Part shown: one piece after another, positions 9,441 through 20,689 of the stretch | How the letters are laid out: each line of letters begins with the position of its first letter | Numbering within the stretch: position 1 is the stretch's first letter | Assembly (NCBI GenBank): GCA_965226555.1 | Contig: CBDDDG010000018.1 | Coordinates: 32,001-96,000, forward strand | Source of the DNA: Salinispira sp. | GTDB lineage: Bacteria; Spirochaetota; Spirochaetia; DSM-27196; Salinispiraceae | Length of the DNA: 64,000 nucleotides | Direction: 5' to 3' | Program-made: the position numbers and the translations under genes | The notes under the pieces: model-generated | The model's input: the letters and a program-made list of their open reading frames with translations, nothing else | Databases searched by the model: none | Told to the model about the DNA's origin: nothing

Positions 9441-11993
9441 TTAATCATCCAACATGCGCTGCATTCGTTGAAGACAGTTAAACGCATCAATGGGAGTAAG
9501 AGAATTCAGATTGATGCCCCTCAATTCTTGGAGCACAACATCATCCTGAGCAAAGAGGCTCTGCTGAACCCTGGGTAAAACCTTCACGTCGCCAAAATTC
9601 TTCGTTAAATCGGTTTTCTGTATACTTTCAAGAAGCTCCCCTGCTCTGAATATTATTTCATCGGGGATGCCGGCAATTTTTGCCACATAGAGTCCGTAGG
9701 AATTATTCGATGGTTCCTCAATGACCTTGTTAAGGAAGATGATATCGCCATCATCTTCCTTAACCTGAAGGGAAAGATTTCTGAGATTTTCATGCTGCAG
9801 CTGTGATAATTCATGAAAATGGGTTGCAAAGAGTGTTTTGCATTGGAGATGCTGCAGGATATACTCAGAGATTGCCCATGCTATGGCAAGCCCGTCCCGG
9901 GTACTGGTTCCTCTGCCTACTTCATCCATGATAATTAAACTCTGATTACTCGCATTTCTGAGAATATGGGCAGTCTCATTCATTTCCACCAGAAAGGTAG
10001 ACTCACCCTGCGCAAGATTATCGGAGGCTCCTACCCGACAGAATATCTGATCGACAATTCCCATGGTTGCGCTATCCGCAGGCACAAAACTGCCAATATG
10101 AGCCAACAGGACAATGAGCGCATTTTGACGAAGATAGGTGCTCTTACCAGCCATATTCGGGCCTGTTACAAAGGTAAAAAAGCGCTCGTCCGATAATGCA
10201 AGATTATTTGCCACAAATGCGCCGGAATCCAGAAATGTTTCCACAACAGGATGTCTGCCGCCGGTAATTTCGATATGCCTGCCATCGGTAAATTCCGGAC
10301 ATGTATAGCCATGAAGTGTCGCCTGATATGCCAGACTCTGAAGGCAGTCCAGCGTGGCAAGAGTCTGCGCCGCTTTGAAGAGTGCCGGGAGCAATTCCTG
10401 AAGTTCCTTCCGGAGGGTAATAAACATTCTGCGTTCCAGATCAATGAGACTATCCTGAGCTGAACTTATTTCGGCGGCTAATTCTTTCAGGCGGACAGTG
10501 GTAAATCGTTCAACGTTAACAAGTTCCTGCCGTTTCTGAAAATGAGACGGAACCTTCTGCGATTGCCCCTTCGATACTTCTAGGAAATAGCCAACAATAC
10601 CGTTAAATTTAACCCTGAGATTCTGAATACCGCTATTCTCCCCCTCACTCTTCACATACTCATCAATGAGGTTCTGGCTGTTTTGTACGAGATGGCGCAA
10701 ATGATCAACATCTGTACAAAAACCCTCATTAATAATGCCGCCTTCAGTAAGTACAATCGGAGGATTATCAGTTACCGCGCGTGAAAGATGTTCGGCAGTA
10801 TTTCTCAGAACGGGAATATCCTCGGTCGCGAATGTATCGACAAGCTCATTATTCCCAAGTAATTCATATACGCGCAGATAACCGGAAACAGTTCGCTGTA
10901 TTGCGACAATGTCCCTGGGATTGGCTTTTTCCATACTGACCCGCATACACAACCGGGGAAGATCAAGAAGCACGGCGAGTATTTCCCTGCAGCCAGACAG
11001 AAGCAATTGATCGTGATAGAAAATGGAAACATGTTTCTGCCGCGTGGTAATTTTCTCTCTGTGAATGAGAGGATAGAGCAGCCATTGCTTGAGCAAACGC
11101 TTACCCATTCCGCTCCTGGTCTGATCAATAGCAGCAAAGAGGCTTGCTTCTCTTCCGTCTTCGGCAGGAACATGAAGTATTTCCAGATTTTTCTGACTAC
11201 TGCTGTCAATGACTAAGTATTCCTGCACTCTGATAACACGCAAAGAGTTAATATGCCGAATTTCTTTGCCGGTATTCATTTCAACATACTCAAGAAGAGG
11301 GCCAAGGGAATCCACATAGTGGCTATCCTTATCAAGACCGTAGGCCTTAAGATTTGTGACTTTCATAATTCTGCAAAGGTTTTCCCATGACTTCGAATGT
11401 GTATAATTCCAATCGGGAAGGGAATTTACCGTTGTTGAATACTGGCTGAACATCTCCTTGAGAGAAGAAGTAAGAAGGCTTTCCTGAATGAGCACTTCCT
11501 TGGGACGATACAGATGAAAATTGCCCTGTAATGATACTTCTTCTCCAACACCCAATATAAGTTCTCCCGTGGATACATCGAGAAAAGATATACAGAATGA
11601 TTCCCTGCCGCCGCGAAACCCGCAGATACTGGCAATGAAGTTATGTTCGCCTGTGCCGAGATATAATTCATCAATAACAGTTCCCGGAGTGAGAATTTCC
11701 ACCACGACTCGCTCGGCGATACCCTTTTCGGGCACATACGTTTGTTCGCAAATAGCAACTTTTTTTCCCGCAGAAAGTAATCGGGGAACATAGGAAAGTA
11801 CCGCATGGTGCGGAATACCGCACATGGGAATCCCGTGTCTCGCAGTGAGGGCAATACCGAGAATGGTACTTGCTTCCTTCGCATCAGTTTTGAACATTTC
11901 ATAGAAATCGCCTAGGCGAAAGAACAGAATTGCATCGCGATTCTGAGATTTTAGGCGATCATATTGCTGCATCATTGGAGTTGAAGCGGACAT
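9441..11993 (-). CDS. mutS: DNA mismatch repair protein MutS
   Basis: TPMMQQY, FFRLGDFYEMF, TGPNMAGKSTYLRQ, STFLVEM and DEVGRGTST motifs. Confidence 0.97.
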   Translation of the reverse strand: MSASTPMMQQYDRLKSQNRDAILFFRLGDFYEMFKTDAKEASTILGIALTARHGIPMCGIPHHAVLSYVPRLLSAGKKVAICEQTYVPEKGIAERVVVEILTPGTVIDELYLGTGEHNFIASICGFRGGRESFCISFLDVSTGELILGVGEEVSLQGNFHLYRPKEVLIQESLLTSSLKEMFSQYSTTVNSLPDWNYTHSKSWENLCRIMKVTNLKAYGLDKDSHYVDSLGPLLEYVEMNTGKEIRHINSLRVIRVQEYLVIDSSSQKNLEILHVPAEDGREASLFAAIDQTRSGMGKRLLKQWLLYPLIHREKITTRQKHVSIFYHDQLLLSGCREILAVLLDLPRLCMRVSMEKANPRDIVAIQRTVSGYLRVYELLGNNELVDTFATEDIPVLRNTAEHLSRAVTDNPPIVLTEGGIINEGFCTDVDHLRHLVQNSQNLIDEYVKSEGENSGIQNLRVKFNGIVGYFLEVSKGQSQKVPSHFQKRQELVNVERFTTVRLKELAAEISSAQDSLIDLERRMFITLRKELQELLPALFKAAQTLATLDCLQSLAYQATLHGYTCPEFTDGRHIEITGGRHPVVETFLDSGAFVANNLALSDERFFTFVTGPNMAGKSTYLRQNALIVLLAHIGSFVPADSATMGIVDQIFCRVGASDNLAQGESTFLVEMNETAHILRNASNQSLIIMDEVGRGTSTRDGLAIAWAISEYILQHLQCKTLFATHFHELSQLQHENLRNLSLQVKEDDGDIIFLNKVIEEPSNNSYGLYVAKIAGIPDEIIFRAGELLESIQKTDLTKNFGDVKVLPRVQQSLFAQDDVVLQELRGINLNSLTPIDAFNCLQRMQRMLDD

Positions 11994-12011
11994 GATTTCA
12001 ACTCATCACGA

Positions 12012-12038
12012 GAAACTTTTGCATTTTGCAAAACTTTC
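12012..12038. repeat. 27-bp hairpin miniature element overlapping the skp stop codon
   Basis: acga-GAAACTTTTGCATTTTGCAAAACTTTC-acga; near-identical copy at 19964-19990. Confidence 0.7.
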
Positions 12039-12555
12039 ACGATGTTTCTCGGAGACGATCAAGTACAAGATCAGTAATATCTACTTCCTGACTCCACCAG
12101 ATGAGTTTTTCATCGTTTGCTGAAATAACAATAGTAAAACCGCTGGATTCGGCAACATAACTAATTGCAGCCTGAAGTTGATTGAGAAAGGATTCCGAAC
12201 TTCTGAAATTATTCTGCCGGACCTGAAGTTGATTCTGTTTGATTCTCTGAAATTCCTGAATAAACTGAAGCATGGAGAAAATTTCGTTATCGAGACGCAG
12301 GGCCTCACTCTGCAGGCCTGCGCTTTCAGCTTCCAGTTTCTGTTGCTGAAGTTGTCTGAGTTCTGCCACATGCTGATCAAGCTCCCGTTGAATTGATGCT
12401 TTGAAATTTTCAAGACTACGCACGGCAGCTGAATCTGAAAAGAATGCGCTATAGATCGCATTTATATCGACAACACCAACAGTTGTTAATTGTTCGGCTG
12501 CAAGAGCAGAACTTATCAATAATAACAGTATTGGGAGTGTGCGTAATTTTGACAT
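12037..12555 (-). CDS. skp: OmpH/Skp periplasmic chaperone
   Basis: Signal peptide, VGVVD, coiled coil, C-terminal VDITDLVL; lies downstream of bamA. Confidence 0.85.
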   Translation of the reverse strand: MSKLRTLPILLLLISSALAAEQLTTVGVVDINAIYSAFFSDSAAVRSLENFKASIQRELDQHVAELRQLQQQKLEAESAGLQSEALRLDNEIFSMLQFIQEFQRIKQNQLQVRQNNFRSSESFLNQLQAAISYVAESSGFTIVISANDEKLIWWSQEVDITDLVLDRLRETS

Positions 12556-12606
12556 ATAATCCTCCTGGAAATTTTTGCTACTGAAAATTTTGCTCTGCGA
12601 AATTTT

Positions 12607-15243
12607 CTAATATATACTGATTGCGAAAATAAGATCGAGCCCCGCAGTTTTATCAGGTGAACCTTTGGCTGTATTTCCCTGCTGCCACTCAACCTGATCA
12701 TTGACAATTTTGAAACGCTTACCAAGATAAATACGAAAGGGAAACTGCTGAATAGTAAAACGGAATCCCGCGCCAAAACCGAATAGCCAATTATCGGAGC
12801 CCGGGGCAAATATTTCCCGATCCTCGGTTATTCTGACCGCTTCGGCATACATATCGAACCATAATACCCTTTCAGCCAAAGGCATTCTCAGTTCAACCCA
12901 ACTGTTAAACAGGGCCTCACCGCCAGTGCGCAGAGGCCACCCTCTGGCAACATTCATACTATTTGTTGACAGAAATGATCCCGCTGCCTCAAACGGCTGC
13001 GAATCCTCATACACAAAGAACTGCTCCAACAGAAATGAGAGGCTTATATTGGCAGCCAGCACCATCCTCCAACTCCATTCGGGGCTGACATCGACATTAA
13101 AAAGCGTAAGGTAGCCCTGCAGGGTCGTGTCTGTGCGTATATAATTTCTCGCCCCCCCGAGGAAACCGCCGACATACCCTATGGACTGTTCGACATAATA
13201 TCCATTCTGCGGATTAAATATCACATCTCGCCCATCCATGCTTAAACGCAGATACAAGCTATTAATCATTCGTAATACACCAAGATTTTCCCTGACACTA
13301 TATTCAAAGGGGCGATTTTGGTTTTCATCATACTCAACAATGTTAAAGCCGATTGATAATGTGGAGCTAATTCCAAACCACCCAACTGATGAAGGAATCC
13401 GCAGTCCGGTGGAAATGCGCGGGGCAATAGTCCACTGTACGTACTCCATCTTATAATCGCTGGCAATGTCGCTGTTGTTTCCGCCCTTAAGCCTGAAAAA
13501 ATCGTAATCGGTAACAAGGTCATACATTTCAATATCAGTATCAGTCGGAACACCGGGAACTGGCTCTCCAGCTTCATATTCCTTCCCATCCTTGTAGGTG
13601 GTTTTCACACTAAAAACATAGTACCCTTGGAAGGGGTCAGGAACAATAACAGGGTCGTCTTTATGAAAAATCGGATGCATGATGTCCTGAAGTTCCTGGG
13701 TCTGAACATTACGGCTCAGAGTAATGCCAATTCCTCCCGACCAACGATCGCCGAATAGCCACGGATCAAAAAAACTGAATTGAAGGCTTTGTTCATATTG
13801 ACTGATATTGAGTTCCGCTTCAATTGTCTGCCCATTCCCCAGAAAATTGCTGTCTCCCCATCTGACAATTCCTGCTATGGGAATTTCAGCGCTTCCGCCA
13901 ACAGAGAACCCCAGCCGGAGGTCAGTTGTTTGCCCTTCTTCAAGATTGATAACAAGATTCATAAGACCCGGCACCGATCCCTGGGGGGTTTCAATGGCAG
14001 GCACATCGGCAAAAAATTGTGTGTTATAGAGGTTTGCAATACCTTCCCGAATTCTGCCCGCTGAAAAGACATCACCTTCTTCAAACTGAAGCTCACGCAG
14101 AATGACATCATCCCTTGTTTTGGTATTACCGCGAATAATAATATTTTCGATGTGCGCCCGCCCGCTTTCTGTTATCTGTACGGTGAAATTAATCTGCTGC
14201 TGCGCCTCATCCCGTTCCTCTTCCAGTTGTATCTGGTTGAATATGTATCCGCCCTGAAAATAGAGGTCGCTTACCGCTTGAAATCCCTGCTGCAATAGGG
14301 AAAAATTGAGAACCCGCCCTTCTTCGAGAAAGAAACGCGAACGCAATTCATCATCTGAAAAAATATTGTTGCCCGAAAAATTTATTCCGCCGAAGATCCA
14401 TGGGATTCCCTCATCAATAAAATAGGTAAGTCTGAGAAATCTTCGTTCGCTTGTCTGATCTTCTACAAGTTCCTGCGCTATATCAAGAACCTGAGCATCA
14501 ATATAACCGGATTCTCCATAAAAATTCAGAATTGCCTGACGGTCAAGTTCAAAATTTGATTCCTGAAAAACACCTGAATCGAAAAGTCCCTGCTGTTTAC
14601 TTATTATGATCGCTCTGAGCTGATTCTCTGTCGCAAAATTTATGCCGCTGAAAACAATGCTGCGGATATTGGTCTGAATTCCTTCGGTAATGAAAAATGA
14701 CAGTACCTGACTATTATCTGTATCCGAATCTTCCAGTTGGAAAGAAATTGAAACATCAGGATACCCATTTTCTTTATAGAGGGTAATAAGTGTTTCCTGA
14801 TCAGCGCGAATTTTTGATTGCACAGGCACATCACCAACCCGCAGCAGAATTTCATCGAAAAGGGTGCTGCGGCGTAATTGCCGGTTGCCGGAAAATTCAA
14901 TGGCAGAAATTATCGGACGCTCTTCTACCGTAAATTTCAGTATGAGTTCATCACGAGCTTCGTTTCCCGGAACTGCCTCAGGAATTATGAGATCAAAGTA
15001 TTCCAGATTATAGAGACGACGCTGTATCTCATTCAAAAGTTCATCGGTAAAAATACCGTTAATGAAGGGCTCAACAATGCCCTGCAGATCATTCTCTGAA
15101 ACATTTGTTAATCCTTCAAATTGAATATCAATAATAGGAATGTTGAAATACCAGTCTTCATCTGTCTGGGCATAAAGTCCCATGGAAACTACTAACAGGA
15201 TAATTATATATACGTGCTTGCTCACTGTGGCCCCTGTAATCAT
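12607..15243 (-). CDS. bamA: Outer membrane protein assembly factor BamA
   Basis: POTRA repeats (IEFSGN, GNTKTRDDVILRE), beta-barrel C-terminus, ARGW motif, terminal aromatic residue. Confidence 0.93.
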   Translation of the reverse strand: MITGATVSKHVYIIILLVVSMGLYAQTDEDWYFNIPIIDIQFEGLTNVSENDLQGIVEPFINGIFTDELLNEIQRRLYNLEYFDLIIPEAVPGNEARDELILKFTVEERPIISAIEFSGNRQLRRSTLFDEILLRVGDVPVQSKIRADQETLITLYKENGYPDVSISFQLEDSDTDNSQVLSFFITEGIQTNIRSIVFSGINFATENQLRAIIISKQQGLFDSGVFQESNFELDRQAILNFYGESGYIDAQVLDIAQELVEDQTSERRFLRLTYFIDEGIPWIFGGINFSGNNIFSDDELRSRFFLEEGRVLNFSLLQQGFQAVSDLYFQGGYIFNQIQLEEERDEAQQQINFTVQITESGRAHIENIIIRGNTKTRDDVILRELQFEEGDVFSAGRIREGIANLYNTQFFADVPAIETPQGSVPGLMNLVINLEEGQTTDLRLGFSVGGSAEIPIAGIVRWGDSNFLGNGQTIEAELNISQYEQSLQFSFFDPWLFGDRWSGGIGITLSRNVQTQELQDIMHPIFHKDDPVIVPDPFQGYYVFSVKTTYKDGKEYEAGEPVPGVPTDTDIEMYDLVTDYDFFRLKGGNNSDIASDYKMEYVQWTIAPRISTGLRIPSSVGWFGISSTLSIGFNIVEYDENQNRPFEYSVRENLGVLRMINSLYLRLSMDGRDVIFNPQNGYYVEQSIGYVGGFLGGARNYIRTDTTLQGYLTLFNVDVSPEWSWRMVLAANISLSFLLEQFFVYEDSQPFEAAGSFLSTNSMNVARGWPLRTGGEALFNSWVELRMPLAERVLWFDMYAEAVRITEDREIFAPGSDNWLFGFGAGFRFTIQQFPFRIYLGKRFKIVNDQVEWQQGNTAKGSPDKTAGLDLIFAISIY

Positions 15244-15282
15244 ATTCCTGTCAGCATATCACAAAAATAATTTCTTTTTTAT

Positions 15283-18200
15283 CTATTCAAAGAAAAAATC
15301 TCGTATAAAGGTAATGCGGTGACCCCTTACCGATAATGTTTCAGGGTCATCCAGAATTGCCCAGGACCAGTTAAGCGTAAATATCGGAGTTTCAAATTCA
15401 AGCCGTATTTCAGGGTATATGGTCAACCCAATTTGATCATCAACAGCGCGGTCAAAGGTATCGCTTTCTTCAAGTTGGATACTTCCCTCAAAGAAAATGT
15501 CATCTCCAAGGTAACGACCGATCCGAAGGGTAGTATTATCAAGATATTCACCGAGGGAAACCGGATCGGCAGTGGAAGCTAATGGGTTATCAACTGCGCG
15601 CTCAATAATATTCTGTACCAGACCGAAACGTAGAGAAAGTACATCCAAATTAAGCGTTTGACGCAGTTCATTTTCAAGATCATTCAGTAAGCGAATTTGT
15701 CCGAGCAGTTGCGTACCCGATGCCAGAGCACTGCCAAGATCGATAACATTGTCATCTTCCTCATTACCCACTATTTTTCCACCGAGTAAAAAAACGAGAT
15801 CTTCCTGAGATCGTATGGGATCAGAGCTGAAAATTGGCTGTAATTGAGAAATGTTGTCATCTTCAATATCCAGATATATGCGGATGGGATCTCCTCCAAT
15901 GATACTTTTGAATTCCCCATTGATATTAACGAGGGGATCAAATTTCTTGGTTTCATTCTCATTAAATGAAATATTCCCCTGGCGTATATTGAAATCCTGT
16001 TCAAAATAAAATAGTTCTCCGCCGCTGATGGCAACTCCTCCCTTTAAATTATACCATCCTTCAATGTTGGAATACGAAAAATTGATGCTCTCACCGCTGA
16101 CTGCAAAGCTCCTGAAGATAGGCAGATCTCTTGTCGGCCAATAAAATTCCACTCCGCGTCCTGTTATTATCTCTAACTGAACCGTAACCGGCACCGGATT
16201 ATTCTGAGCCTGGGCCTGGGCGGCTGCCTGCCTTCTTCGAGCAATATCGCTGATGGTTACGCCAGTAGCATGCGCGACTATGCTCCCTGCCATATCGGCT
16301 CCGCCTGTTAAAAAATCAATGTCCAGTTCAAGCATACCGCTTACCCATCCGTCTACTGCCACAGAATTAAAATCGTATACGATTGGAACATTGCCTTCTT
16401 CAGTGTCTATGGACAGTTTGAGTTCCGACGGAATCCAATGATCAAGGACTAACCCGCCCTGTATTACGGCGCGGCCTTCTCCAGCTTCGACAAGAAACGG
16501 AGGAAGTTGAATGGACTGTTCTTCGAGAATCATAACGGCAGACGAGGCCCGCAGCGGCTGGGGAATGAGCGCAAGATTTCCTCTAATGTCTTCAAGAAAA
16601 ATTGTTCCGTAAAAGTTTGGATCAACAACATTTCCCTGTATCCGCATACTCCCTCCCATGTTCCCGTTCCGCAATGCGATAATATCAAGATCGAGCACGA
16701 CAGTTTCAGGGGCAATTTTGAGCTGCAACAGAGTTGCGTCAATTATTCCCTTTTCAAGAAAACCCTCTGCGGTGAAAGTTATCGGGAGGGGGTCGCTGAG
16801 TTCCAGCTCAAAGCTTCCATCGGAATACATGACCCCTCTAATATGGTTGGGGGCATAAGTGGGTCCGCCATTGATAGTGAGGTTATCGTTAAATTCCTGC
16901 AGATAAAGCTTCCAGATTTCTGCAGGACTGCCTTCTTCATCGATGACAGTGAATGTGACGGAGCCATCGGCTTCATTCCAGTAATCGGAAAGTAAGCGTG
17001 GAGGACTGGCGGAAATAGAATTCACAAAACCCGGCAACAGTATGTTTATATCCACTTCGTGAGTAAGGCGCTTACTTCCTCCAAGGTCAGTTAAAAAGAG
17101 ATCTGTTTCTGCGCTCAGGGTATTTTCCGGTAGGTCATAGGCCGCAGTGATATTCCGCGCCCCCACTGTGCTCAGTTCAAATCTACTGTTCTCAAAATAC
17201 AGTATTTCATTCTGCAGAAACCCTTCGAGCTCCACATTCAGCGCTTCATCCTGCAATCGCACATTAAGGGTTTGGAGATTAAAATTCAGCAGTTCGTCCT
17301 CATCGGAGCGGGTATACACAATTTCGGTATTAAGCAGACCGGTAATATCTGCTATTCCAAGGCGTCTGGTAGTAAAGTTCTCAATAGTGATCGTAGAGGA
17401 TACCAGACCCTCCAGCATTGAAAATTCAGCTTGAGCAGCATAGGACTCCAGATCATTGCGCATTGCCGTTTCCAGCACAACAGCATCTTTCTCTTCATTC
17501 ATTGAAATAGTACCGCTTCCCGAAAGTAATGAAATCGCATCGTTATAGGTCACACTGCTTATCTGAATGTCTTCTTCGAGTGATCCTGATATCTTCATAA
17601 AGAGCGAACTGTCTCCCGTACTCTCAAGAAATTGTATATTCCCAAACGAAAGCCGGGGGATATCAATAACTGATGCGGCAATGTTATTCGTATCAACATT
17701 GATGTCACCTGCCCCGGAGAACCATGCCTCCGATCCCAGCGCAGGGAGGGGGAAATAACCAAGTGAAAAACGGAGTTCTACTATGTTTCCTGCCTGCCGC
17801 AATTCCACGTTGCTCTGATAGCTTCCAGCCACAAATATTTCATTACGATTCGGAAAAATATAAATTGCAGCCGAATAGGGAAAGGAATTTATCATGCTGT
17901 CCAGTTCCAACTGAAAACGTGTGGACTTGCGGAAATCACCGCTTCCCGAGACCTGAATATCCTGACCGCCGTAGGTAATATCCAGACGCGGCAGTGAGAA
18001 TATACCATTATCGTATACGGCATTGAGCCGTAACTGAGGAATATCAGAAGCCGGACTGCGCACCTGAAAATCCTGAACAGTAATTATGGTATCAATTGTA
18101 TCGTGCAGGACTATCTGCGAACTGACGGCCGCTGTGATACGCGAATGTGCCATTTCATCGAATAGCCCTAAGGCAGCGCCGTCAGCGACAGAGGCAGCGC

Positions 18201-19983
18201 CGTCAGCGACAGAGGCAGCGCCGTCAGCAACAGAGGCAGCGCCGTCAGCAACAGCAGGTATTATGCTGCCTATTTCTCCTGAAAACAGATCGGCAAGACT
18301 CCTTTCCCGCAGCTCCTGTAGTTCCTGAGGCGCCCGAGATTCTGGAGTGAGAACAGTTAGTATCATATCGCTCACTTCCCCAAGGGGAAGATCATTGAGG
18401 TAAAGTTCAATATCAATTTTCTCTGGAACCAGCGGATTTCCAGAAGTAAGCACCTGAGCGCTTGCCAATATTTCTCCCTCACCGCTTATAAGCCCTCCGC
18501 GAATATCAACATCAATACTATCAGGATCAAAGGCGCTGCGTATTTCCGTTTCACCCAAGGAAATGCCAAGAATTGTACTGTCAAAAAGCCTCATATCTGC
18601 GTTTCGATCGTCAATAGCTACGGTAAACTGTGTTTCAAATTTAGGCAGACCAAGAATACTCTTACTGATAACATTTCCTGAAAAATCGAGCATCCGGCTT
18701 TGAACATTGCCGCCGCCCTGAAAATTCAGATTGTCTCCTTCCATACTGCCGATATGAAATTTCTTTACATCAATAATCTGTTCTGAATAATCAAACTGAA
18801 TGTGTGTATTGATCCTTGCGCCGATGTCTGAAAGCACTGTTTCTGTTTTAATATCCATTTCCGAATACAGGGGCTGGAATAAACTATCAAGTTCCAGAAT
18901 AATATCTGCAGTAACAATGGAATCCAGAACATACTCATATTGCTGATACTCCTCCTCAAGCCGTATCAACTCTGAGGGTTTCCATTCTGATGAAACAAAG
19001 GTAATCATAAGCGGACTGGGCGGGCTAAGCGGGCTGTCTTCGGAAATATCCCTGCCGCGTAGGTATCCGGCAGTATCGTATACAAGCTCAGCCGCAAAGA
19101 GATCTCTGAAAATTTCCAGAGTGAGCGTATTCTGTTCATGCTGGAGATAAAGATCGAATGAATCAATATCAAAAACATTGGAATTGATATCACTGCTGAT
19201 TACGTGTAATTGTAATACCCCTTCTTCTATAATCTGTGAAATAGTTAACACATCGGGAAGGGTCAAACTTCCTTTAATGTTGGTATTACCGCGTAATTCA
19301 AACAATCCTGTATCGGAAATTGTTGAAGAAGCAGTAACTGTACTATTATTTACAAGATCAAATTCTACATATCGCCCCCGTACCCAAAGCATTCCCCGGG
19401 AAATCATACTTTCAACGGAAATATCGTCCGTATATGAACGGAGTTCAAAATTTTGTATGTGCAGTTCCAGATTATCGGATAAAAATGAGAATATGCCTTC
19501 CGAATTGTCTTCACCGGCATCTGTGGTTCCGACTGAAAGATTGGCATGAAAAAGATTATCAGAAAATAGCGCTCCGCCCCGAGCTTCGACCAGCCTGGGG
19601 GCTTTAAAAATATCGCCGCGAAAAATGTCACCAATGTTATAGTACAGAATAATACGGTCAAGAATGAGAATTGGTTCACCGGTTTCATTCTCAATTTTCA
19701 AATCCCGAATTTCAATGAAATTAAAAATTGATGGATGAATGGATGAAAATGTAATGGAACCATTCAGATTTTCCTCAAGCGCCTGAAGAATAGTATATTT
19801 CAGATTCTGTATGTGCCCACTTAATTGCCGTTGCAGAGGAAAAAAGACGAGCAGGGTCAGGGCAATGAAAATTATGATAAAGGTCAGCTGCAATATGGCA
19901 ATAAAATAAGAAGATTTCACACATAACCTCTGTTTTCCGCAATGTATTTGCAATGATCTCGTGGAAAGTTTTGCATTTTGCAA
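15283..19983 (-). CDS. TamB/AsmA-like large periplasmic protein (true start probably near 19920)
   Basis: About 1550 aa, N-terminal transmembrane anchor, DUF490-like C-terminus, directly upstream of bamA. Confidence 0.75.
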   Translation of the reverse strand: MQNAKLSTRSLQIHCGKQRLCVKSSYFIAILQLTFIIIFIALTLLVFFPLQRQLSGHIQNLKYTILQALEENLNGSITFSSIHPSIFNFIEIRDLKIENETGEPILILDRIILYYNIGDIFRGDIFKAPRLVEARGGALFSDNLFHANLSVGTTDAGEDNSEGIFSFLSDNLELHIQNFELRSYTDDISVESMISRGMLWVRGRYVEFDLVNNSTVTASSTISDTGLFELRGNTNIKGSLTLPDVLTISQIIEEGVLQLHVISSDINSNVFDIDSFDLYLQHEQNTLTLEIFRDLFAAELVYDTAGYLRGRDISEDSPLSPPSPLMITFVSSEWKPSELIRLEEEYQQYEYVLDSIVTADIILELDSLFQPLYSEMDIKTETVLSDIGARINTHIQFDYSEQIIDVKKFHIGSMEGDNLNFQGGGNVQSRMLDFSGNVISKSILGLPKFETQFTVAIDDRNADMRLFDSTILGISLGETEIRSAFDPDSIDVDIRGGLISGEGEILASAQVLTSGNPLVPEKIDIELYLNDLPLGEVSDMILTVLTPESRAPQELQELRERSLADLFSGEIGSIIPAVADGAASVADGAASVADGAASVADGAALGLFDEMAHSRITAAVSSQIVLHDTIDTIITVQDFQVRSPASDIPQLRLNAVYDNGIFSLPRLDITYGGQDIQVSGSGDFRKSTRFQLELDSMINSFPYSAAIYIFPNRNEIFVAGSYQSNVELRQAGNIVELRFSLGYFPLPALGSEAWFSGAGDINVDTNNIAASVIDIPRLSFGNIQFLESTGDSSLFMKISGSLEEDIQISSVTYNDAISLLSGSGTISMNEEKDAVVLETAMRNDLESYAAQAEFSMLEGLVSSTITIENFTTRRLGIADITGLLNTEIVYTRSDEDELLNFNLQTLNVRLQDEALNVELEGFLQNEILYFENSRFELSTVGARNITAAYDLPENTLSAETDLFLTDLGGSKRLTHEVDINILLPGFVNSISASPPRLLSDYWNEADGSVTFTVIDEEGSPAEIWKLYLQEFNDNLTINGGPTYAPNHIRGVMYSDGSFELELSDPLPITFTAEGFLEKGIIDATLLQLKIAPETVVLDLDIIALRNGNMGGSMRIQGNVVDPNFYGTIFLEDIRGNLALIPQPLRASSAVMILEEQSIQLPPFLVEAGEGRAVIQGGLVLDHWIPSELKLSIDTEEGNVPIVYDFNSVAVDGWVSGMLELDIDFLTGGADMAGSIVAHATGVTISDIARRRQAAAQAQAQNNPVPVTVQLEIITGRGVEFYWPTRDLPIFRSFAVSGESINFSYSNIEGWYNLKGGVAISGGELFYFEQDFNIRQGNISFNENETKKFDPLVNINGEFKSIIGGDPIRIYLDIEDDNISQLQPIFSSDPIRSQEDLVFLLGGKIVGNEEDDNVIDLGSALASGTQLLGQIRLLNDLENELRQTLNLDVLSLRFGLVQNIIERAVDNPLASTADPVSLGEYLDNTTLRIGRYLGDDIFFEGSIQLEESDTFDRAVDDQIGLTIYPEIRLEFETPIFTLNWSWAILDDPETLSVRGHRITFIRDFFFE

Positions 19984-20053
19984 AACTTTCTGATAGAAAT
20001 AATAAAGGAAATTTATGCATAAAGCAAAAGTTTCCGATGGAAAAGATTTTCAT

Positions 20054-20689
20054 ATGTTCGCTAACAGTAAAATATTGAAGAATTTTATCATTCTTGAGGG
20101 ACTCGACGGTTCCGGCACCACAACCCAGCAAACAATACTCAAAAACTTTCTTCAGGAAAAGGACATCCCTTATCACCTGACATCAGAACCTACAACCTTT
20201 AGTATCGGCAGGTTAATTAGAAACATTCTCTCAACACGGGAACATGCGGAAAAATCAACATTAGCCTATCTTTTCGCGGCAGACCGTAATGAACATCTCC
20301 ATGCCGGCGGCGGTATGATTGAAATGTGCAATAAAAACCGGCTTGTTATATGTGACCGCTACATCTTCTCATCCCTTGCCTATCAGGGCTGCGATCTCGG
20401 TATGGAATATGTATGGGAACTCAACAAAAATTTCCCCCTGCCTGAGATACTCTTTTATATAGATATTGATCCTCTCCAGGCTGAAAACCGCTATGCTTCA
20501 CGTTCGGAACTGGAGATATATGAAAAAAAAGAGACTCAGAAAGATGTTCGGGAAAATTACAATGTTATACTCACCGAGCTGGAAAAAACCCCTGTTCAAT
20601 TGTACCGCATAGATGCGACACTCTCAATTGAAAAAATTTCCGCGGAAATATGGGCAAAGCTTTCAAATCTTCCGATAGTCAAAGGGTGA
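20054..20689 (+). CDS. tmk: Thymidylate kinase
   Basis: FIILEGLDGSGTTTQ, LFAADR, CDRYIFSSLAYQG motifs. Confidence 0.95.
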   Translation: MFANSKILKNFIILEGLDGSGTTTQQTILKNFLQEKDIPYHLTSEPTTFSIGRLIRNILSTREHAEKSTLAYLFAADRNEHLHAGGGMIEMCNKNRLVICDRYIFSSLAYQGCDLGMEYVWELNKNFPLPEILFYIDIDPLQAENRYASRSELEIYEKKETQKDVRENYNVILTELEKTPVQLYRIDATLSIEKISAEIWAKLSNLPIVKG